A DNA stretch of 64,000 nt from the human T2T-CHM13v2.0 reference genome, Homo sapiens. The DNA lies in NCBI RefSeq assembly GCF_009914755.1, contig NC_060926.1; one strand, written 5' to 3'. Position 1 is the first letter of the stretch, and each line of letters opens with the position of its first letter. Of this stretch, positions 53,707 through 64,000 are shown in pieces. The notes under the pieces were generated by a model. It was not told the origin of the DNA, made no database searches, and saw only the letters and a list, made by a program, of their open reading frames with translations. Position numbers and translations under genes: made by a program.

Positions 53707-55559
53707 GCAACAGATTCCTATTGCATCTTGTATTCTCTCTCAATTCATTCCATGTTATAATTGCCTGCCTACTTTACTGTATCTTCCAATTGACTGTAAA
53801 CTCCTTGAATAACATGTGTGTAATTTAATTGTTTACCCTAATAAATTCTGGCATTCAGAATGCTCTCAATTAAGGGTTCTCAACATGAGGTCATTGTACA
53901 AACTTCAGCAGTCCAATTAATCCCCATGAAATCTTATGCCGAATGCTGTATTCTTATGGAAGTGTACTTTTTTGGGAGTGTGGGAAATAATCAGTCTATG
54001 ATTTACCACTGGGCTAGGGTATGTTTGTAGGTAAAATAAATTAGAAATCTTCCAATAGCCTTTCTACAGCACCTATGTCCTAAAAAAAAGCCCATAATTT
54101 CTCAATATTCTCTAGGGTCTGCTCTTCCTGTAACATTGATACCTCCCTATCTCTTGTGTGGCAAGCTGGACATGCCTTCTGGTTCCATGATTCCATTCAC
54201 GTTAGGAATTGACGGGCTGTGATCAGAAAATCCAAATCATCAAAGTTCTTTTACAAATTAAATGTCATCATTGAGCCTGGGCAGGAAATATAATTATCTT
54301 AGTCAATCGAGTATTCTAATTAACGGAGAGCAATAACAGGTGAGATGTGACTATATGGTGATGAGGTGGACTTATGTAAGTGGTTTGTGGAATTAATCTT
54401 ATCACTTTAGAATTGCAGTTACATGTAGATTTTCAGGTTCCGAGGAAGCAGAATAGAGAAAAGGCATGCTTCTGATTGGAATTTAATCTCTGATGATTTG
54501 GCAAGATCTTACAGTGCTTTTGGGTTAGTGCTAGAAGCATTCATCATCATTGCCATAGCTGTACAAGTAATAGAGATTTCTGGTTGAAGCCTCAGTTTTC
54601 ACTCCTCTCATTTAGACCTCAGGAAGAAAAGAGAAAGGTGTTAAAAAATATAGTGGGTGACTTCAAGGAGAATAAAAGAAATCTGTATTCATTGGCTGTG
54701 GTGGCTGAATTGTTTTCTGTTCTCTAACATGTATTAACCTTCTGCCCCCTTCTGTGGCCTCGTAACAGATTCATTATTACTTTTTTAATGATAAAAGTGT
54801 TTGGACAAAGTGTTTCATTAAAAGGACAAGCCTGAACAGGTCCTAAGCACAAAGCTCTATAAAGTAGAAAGTTAATATTCACAGAACTCTTACGTCCTTT
54901 GTATCCAACAGAAAGACAATAACACGTTAGTCATTTTTCAACCTCATTGGGGTATGGGGTGTACAGGAAATAGGAAGAAAATAAGAGAAGTGAGGACTGC
55001 CCTTTCAAGGCAATCTGTGGGGATCTTGGACCAAGTATTACATTCAGTCTAGCATTAATCAGTCTTCTCAAACACCTTACAATTAATTCTGCATAATAAT
55101 AAAGGTGTCCAAAAAATCAAGGACTGGAAACACATTTGAATCAGAAACCGGAGCTCACAAAGAACTCAAGCTGTCTTCAGTAACTTAAGACCTACCTTCC
55201 CAACTGCCTCTTGGTCATCCAAAAGGCTGTTACATTTATCATGACACAAAGGAAATTTATCATCTTCTCTCCAGATGCAATCCTCCTCATTTCTACCTCA
55301 TTTCACCCAAGGGGAACAAATTAATCATCTCGTCCTCTGAACTGCTTCTATACTTTGTTTATTGCACTTATAATTTTTTGAATGCTTATCTTGTTACATG
55401 TAAGTAAGGCATAGTACAGATTACACTCTAGCCTCTCCCATGACAGTGAGTAGACTGAGCCCTCTGAGAGAAGGATCTTTCATTTTACATCGACTATATC
55501 TTGCACAGCACTGACCTTTAGATAATATTTAAAAATATTCTGTTATCAATGGCATTTGC

Positions 55560-55800
55560 TAAGATATAGCAAAAATTATGTGTCAGACACCATTCCAAGC
55601 AAGTTATATGTACTACCTTATGTTTGCATATATAACAGCCCTATGGAACATATATAACTATTGTCTCAGACTCATAAGTGAAAAGACAAGAAAAGCACAG
55701 AAAGTTTAATAAACTTTCTTAAGACCACCTACCCAGTAGCAGAAAGAGCCGAATTCAAATCCAAGTGCTCTTTCTGGCCTCTCCATTATCTTCTTAATAT
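55560..55800 (-). mobile_element. MIR
   Basis: TATGTGTCAGACACCATTCCAAGC...AACAGCCCTATG...GCACAGAAAGTTTAATAAACTT...GAATTCAAATCCAAG. Confidence 0.65.
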
Positions 55801-56495
55801 TCTGCATAATATTATATTGTATCATGTAATGGTTTCCCTTTTTATTAAAAACTCTCATTCACTGCCCTCCCCAACCCTATATAGGGCAATACTAGATTCA
55901 ATACCTCCAGGAATTACCACTGATTGGCTCACCACCAATTGGTCATGTTAGCAGACAGTCTCAGCTCTATTTCCAACTGAGTGCCAGCCTCATAAGTGAT
56001 CATAAGGTCATCTTTTACCTAAATTTTGGCAGATTATCCTATCTGACAGCATCTGATTTCACTACCAATACTAGAGCCTTGCCATGCACCCTAACTCATT
56101 GTGTAAATAGTAACAATTAAAACAATAGAAACAGCTGTATAAATTCAAAACCAGGATGAGAAAACAAGAAACAACAATAAAATCTCAATCAAGCACTCCC
56201 AATAAAAAACAAAAATAGAAAAATTAAAAGCATAATAGTCAAACGGAAACCTAAGTCAAAAAAGATAAAAAATAATTCCAAATACATGAGAAATCACATT
56301 AAATATAAATGAGTAAATCCTCGATAAACAATAGTCATTGCCATTTTAAAAAAAAATCTCTAGTTACATGCTATACTGTTATACTATACTAATACAAAGA
56401 GATAAATGCTTACCACAGGAAACTTCAGGTGAAACAGATACCTTGACAGCAATAAGCATTATTAGGAAAAGAGAGGATAATTACAGATAAGAGGT

Positions 56496-56873
56496 AACTG
56501 TGGACTAAACTGTGTCCCTACAAAATTTCTATGTTGAAGTCCTCGGGCACAATGTGATAGTGTTGGGAAATGGTGCCTTTGGGAGGTAATTAGGTTAAGC
56601 TGAGGTACCGAGGGCAAGGCCCTCATGACGGGAATAGTAGCACTATAAGAAGGGACACAGGAGAGCATTTTCTCCCACTTACCATGTGAAGACACAAGGA
56701 AATCATAGCCATTTGCAAGCCAGGAAGACAGCCCTTACCATAACCACGTAATCAGCCTATTCTGGCATCCTGATTCTGAACTTCCAGCTTCTCAAACTCT
56801 GAAAATGAATTTCTGTTGTTTAAGCTACTCAGTCTATGGTAATTTGTGATGGCAGCCCAAACGGACTAATACA
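56496..56873 (+). mobile_element. MLT1A-type MaLR solo LTR
   Basis: CTGTGGACTAAACTGTGTCCC...TTTGGGAGGTAATTAGGTT...ATTTCTGTTGTTTAAGC...GGACTAATACA; 5-bp TSD GAGGT/GATGT (4 of 5). Confidence 0.88.
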
Positions 56874-57379
56874 GATGTCCAATATCTCTAGAAGATGTGA
56901 GTTCTTTGGAACATAATCTCAAAATAGATAAAATGTATAAAATATCACAGAAAATCTGAGGAAAATTTAAAAAAATTCACTACCTTTATGGAAGAGCTTT
57001 CAATTAGGCAAAAATGTCAGTGAGGATATAGAAGATGTGAAAAGAACAGTTAGCAACTGATAAACTCAAACAATTAGTGAAGACACATCTGATCATGCAC
57101 AGAAGAAGCATTGTGATAACTATGCACTAGCCATAAGGCAATCTCCACACACCAAAAAACCACAGCTCCTTCTCTCATCCAAAGTCACTGTTCTGTACTG
57201 TAGGTCATAATCGTCACAAAAAAATTTAAGAAGACAAAAAAGCCAAAATGTATAAGGATTGGGAAAGAACAAACAAAACTATCATTATTCACAGATCTTG
57301 TTTTCTGTTAAAATAGACAAGAGAACTTATAGGGGAAAAAATAAATAATAAGGGAATTTGGAAACTTTGCTAGATACTT

Positions 57380-57450
57380 TATATATATATATATATATAT
57401 ATCTCAAGATACTTGATATATATCAAGATACTTGATTATATATATATATA
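57380..57450. repeat. (TA)n with two embedded TCAAGATACTTGA hairpins
   Basis: Directly visible. Confidence 0.9.
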
Positions 57451-57592
57451 CATTACATTTTATTCTGTTATCAATGGCATTTCTATACCTAACAACAAAA
57501 TAAAATGTAATTTTTCTAGAAGATACCATTTATAATAGCAAAAAAGTATGTGTAAAAAAGAAATAAGTATTTAAAAGAAGTGTATCACCTAG

Positions 57593-57932
<340 letters not shown>

Positions 57933-57933
<1 letters not shown>

Positions 57934-57939
57934 TATATA

Positions 57940-57979
<40 letters not shown>

Positions 57980-57997
57980 TATATAATATATATATAT
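57933..57997. repeat. (TA)n at the Alu tail
   Basis: Directly visible. Confidence 0.9.
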
Positions 57998-58645
57998 GCC
58001 TAAATAATTGGAACTTGGTGCCATTTCCAGAGATAAAAAAGATGTCCTACAGTTATCAATTCTCCTTAAATTAGTGTGAAAAATCAATCAATGTAAATTC
58101 AATCAAAATTCCAACAGAGTTTTTCTTGAATTTTCTAAAGCTGGACATATTCATTCTAAAATATATGTGGAAGAGTATACATTTTACTAAGAATAGCTAA
58201 TAAAATTGTAAGGAAAAGCAATATGGTTAGAAGTGACCGCACAGATGGAGACTCTAACATGAAGCAACAGTACGAAGACAAGAAAGTAGAGCTGAAAGGA
58301 ATGGTGGGACACAGGAGCACAATGGAGAGACTAGAAACACACTAGACCTTTATAACACACGTCATATGCAGAGCAGGCACTACCTGTCAGACAGAAGATG
58401 GACCAGTCAGTTAAAGGAATTCATTTGTTTGCCCATATGGCCAATCTGGGAATTGGATCCCTCATATACGAAATAAACTAAAAGGAATTTTATGTGAAGA
58501 GTCAAACTTCTAAACTTAAAAAGAAAATAAATGATCACACCGTTGTAATATCAGGATCTGGTTTTGTAAACAAGTTATGAAACCATAGATTGATAAATCT
58601 GATCATTCACAAATGAAACCTCCTGTTTATCAAAAGCAGCATCAA

Positions 58646-58690
58646 GTGTGTGTGTGGTTGTGTGTGAGTGTGTGTGTGTGTGTTTGTGTG
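58646..58690. repeat. Imperfect (TG)n
   Basis: Directly visible. Confidence 0.85.
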
Positions 58691-59387
58691 ACAGAGGCAG
58701 ATGGACAGACACAGAGATAGAAAAACAGAGACAGAAACAGAGAAGATAAAAAGACAGAAGCTATAGACTGCAGTACTTGTGTATCACATCTAATTGGCCA
58801 AGAATCAATATCTGGTATATGTAAGTTAAATCTACAAAAATTAGAGGAATATAAGTAATTCAACAGGAAACTGGTAAAATTAGCCAAAGAGGTAAAGTGA
58901 AATATCTTTTTGAAATTTTAAAAAGTGTCAGTCTCTCATCAGAGAAGTGAAATTAAAATCCAGGAAAGTATAATTTTACACTATCAGATGGGTAAAAATT
59001 AAGTTATATGATAATAACAAGTTCGGAAAGCTGTGAAAGCATAGGAACTCTTACATACAGGTAGTGGCAGTAGAATTAGGCACAAAAATTTTGCAAGGGT
59101 GTTTGGTCTAAAAATGTTAAAGTCAATAATAGTGTTGGAATGTACCAAAACTTCATTCATAAGTTTACAGAAAGATGTAGAGGAATTATAAAAGGAGCAT
59201 TATATGCACTTTTAAAACAATGAAACATCCTAAATATAAATTAAGAGGTAAACGTATAAATAGATTCTGACATTTTTATGGAGATATCATATAGCATTGA
59301 TAAAGGAGGCACAGATGTACACCTATCACTATGGAGAAATCGCACAAATAAATTGTGAAGGGAATAATGCAAGTTTAAAAACACAAA

Positions 59388-59870
59388 CTATAAAGACACA
59401 TGCACATGTATTTTTATTGTGGCACTGTTCACAATAGCAAAGACTTGGAACCAACCCAAATGCCCATCAGTGATAGACTGGATAAAGAAAATGTGGCACA
59501 TATACACCATGGAATACTATGCAGCCATGAAAAAGGATGAGTTCATGTCCTTTACAGGGACATGGATGAAGCTGGAAAACATCATTCTCAGCAAACTAAC
59601 ACAAGAACAGAAAACAAACACCAAATGTTCTCACTTATAAGTGGGAGTTGAACAATGAGAACACAAGGACACAGGGAGGGGAACATCACACACCAGGGCC
59701 TGTCAGGGGGTGGGGGGCTAGGGGAGGCATTAGGATGGGGCATTAAGAGAAACACCATGCAGATGACGGGGTGATGGGTGCAGCAAACCACCATGGCACA
59801 TGTATATCTATGTAACAAACCTGCATGTTCTGCACATGTATCCCAGGACTTAAAGTATAATAATAAAAAA
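59388..59870 (+). mobile_element. L1PA (approx. L1PA7-8) 3' fragment
   Basis: ORF 59419-59640 is the ORF2p C-terminus (ALFTIAKTWNQPKCPSVIDWIKKMWHIYTMEYYAA). G-rich 3'UTR and A tail follow; approximate TSD AAAAACACAAA / AAACCCACAAA. Confidence 0.93.
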
Positions 59871-59929
59871 AAACCCACAAAGTTTTAAAATACACAGAAG
59901 GTGAAGTGTATCTGTGAAAACCTATAGGT

Positions 59930-60900
59930 AACATTTAAATATTGAAGCTTTTCCCTTACAGTTAGGACAGGACAAGAATGATTACTTTTACTATTTGTAT
60001 TTAAAATGTGCGGTAAGTTCTAATCAGCACAATTGGGAGAGAGAGAGAGAGGTGGAGTGGAGGAGAAATTAATCAACAAAAGGAAAGAGAGAAAAAGAAA
60101 GGGAGAGAAGGAGAGTGAAGAAGGAAGGGAGAAGAGAGAGAGAGAGTATGTAGATAGATGCGAAGTTTGGAAAGTAAAATGTAAGGCATTCTTTATTTGC
60201 AGGTTACATGATGGTGTTATAGAAAATCCGAAGGAAGAAGGAAGGTACAAACACTGGAACTAATAGGTAAATTTAGTAAGGTCACAGGCTAAAGGATCAG
60301 TATACAAAAGATTAATTGTATTTCTAGTAGCCATAAATGATTGAAAAATAAGGCTTTAAAAGTCAGAATTGTTATTAGCATTAAAAAGAAGCCCTAGGAA
60401 TACAGTTAACAAAAGATGTGTAAGACTTAGAAAATAGTGCTGAAATAAAATTTCAAAAAGCCAAATAAATGGAAGTATGAACTATATTTTTATATTGAAA
60501 AACTCAATATTGTTGACTTTAAACCTCTTCCAAATTGATCTATAATGCAACTCCAATCAAAATTACATCAGTCTTTCGTAAAAATAGCGTTTGGCAAGCT
60601 AATTGCAAAATGTATATGGAAATGCAAATGACCTAAAATAGCAAGGCAATCATGAAGAAGATAAACACAATTAGAGGACTTAACACTCCCTGATTTCAAG
60701 GCTTACTCTAAAGCCGCAGTAATAAAGATAGTGTGCTATTTGCAAAATTATATACAGATTGATTGGTGGAAATGAGAAGTCTAGAAATAGACCCACACAT
60801 ATGTCATAGGTTATTCTAAAAAAAAAAAGGTGTTGAAGCAATTCAATGAGAACAAAGTCTTCTCAATAAACAGTGCTGAAAAAACAAGATATCCATTAGG
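59930..60900 (+). mobile_element. Ancient L1M ORF2 remnant with a GA-rich insert (60037-60145)
   Basis: TGAAGCTTTTCCCTTA, AAATTTAGTAAGGTCACAGG, GAGGACTTAACACTCCCTGATTTCAAG, CTAGAAATAGACCCACAC. Confidence 0.75.
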
Positions 60901-60929
60901 TACTATTTTTAAACTCTATTTATTAACTC

Positions 60930-61075
60930 ATTTGAATCCTTGCACACCATATAAAGAAAATACTGATGGTATTTTTATTTTTATAGAAAACAAACTGAGG
61001 CACAGAGGGGTTAAATAGCTTGCCTAATGTCACACAGCACACAAGTAGCAGAGCCAGAATTAGAACTGATGCAAC
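60930..61075 (-). mobile_element. MIR
   Basis: AAACTGAGGCACAGAGGGGTTAAATAGCTTGCCTAATGTCACACAGC...GTAGCAGAGCCAGAATTAGAAC. Confidence 0.85.
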
Positions 61076-61354
61076 AGAGAGGTCAACACAAGCTAGAATG
61101 AACAGAGGACAGCTGGCCAGAAGAAGCTGTTTTGATGTGAGAAAGATAAAAAGCATTTATTTGGGGACAATTTTCTTTCATGGTTTTCTCTGGTTTCTTT
61201 TTCTGCTTTTTATTTTTCTGACTCAAGAAGTCCTTGCCCCAGTTATCCTCCACTCAAGAGGTCACTCTCCTGGCCTGGCTTTTCTGCCTCTTATATGGGA
61301 GGTTACCAAAGAGAGAACCACTTTGAGCCAGGAGAAGATAAGCCACTACTCACC

Positions 61355-63910
<2,556 letters not shown>

Positions 63911-63929
63911 AGGAAAGGGCTCAACAATC

Positions 63930-64000
63930 TTTTTTTTTTTTTTTTTTTTTTTGAGACGGAGTTTCGCTCTTGTTGCTCAGGCTGGAGTGCAATGGCGTGA
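63930..64000 (-). mobile_element. AluSp/Sq-like 3' end, cut by the window edge
   Basis: Poly-T followed by GAGACGGAGTTTCGCTCTTGTTGCTCAGGCTGGAGTGCAATGGCG. Confidence 0.92.

Larger units (their letters stand above)
52040..53870 (+). mobile_element. L2 3' region split by MIR and MER50 insertions
   Basis: CAGAAACCTAGGCATCCACCTTGACTC; CATGACTAATTTCTACTCATCCTTCAAG...TTCCTCTGGTAAGTCTATCCTGAC; after the LTR, GACTGTAAACTCCTTGA...TGCTCTCAAT. Confidence 0.7.

Noticed and set aside
53872-53980. hAT-Charlie-like terminal fragment (AGGGTTCTCAACATGAGGTC)
   Set aside because: It resembles a TIR start, but no partner TIR or TSD was found and it is too degenerate to assign.
59419-59640. 73-aa ORF as a gene
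   Set aside because: It is the L1 ORF2p C-terminal remnant within a ~480-bp truncated L1PA.

Overview
This is primate genomic DNA, not a prokaryotic or viral locus. AluJ/S/Y and L1PA elements point to a catarrhine, plausibly human; the exact locus cannot be identified from sequence alone. The window is AT-rich, CpG-poor and intergenic or deep-intronic, and much of it is transposable-element debris. I count 16 Alu copies, three L1PA 3' fragments, many ancient L1M/HAL1 pieces, two complete ERV1 solo LTRs with exact 4-bp TSDs (LTR9-like and MER50-like), MaLR/ERVL LTRs, hAT DNA transposons (MER20, and MER1A with an exact 8-bp TSD), L2/MIR relics and several simple repeats. No protein-coding gene, RNA gene or CRISPR array is supportable: the ORF track consists of L1 ORF2 remnants, Alu read-throughs, microsatellite frames and short random ORFs. 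I found no evidence of a new biological system. The most notable items are structural: an ~800-bp compound TA-rich VNTR bracketed by inverted Alus (39632-40843), two short locally templated duplications (44514/45612 and 55536/57461), nested insertions with resolvable TSDs, and a nuclear-receptor DR1 cluster overlapping a hairpin (22487-22531). Repeat subfamily names come from recalled consensus sequences and need RepeatMasker/Dfam confirmation. Boundaries without a TSD are approximate.
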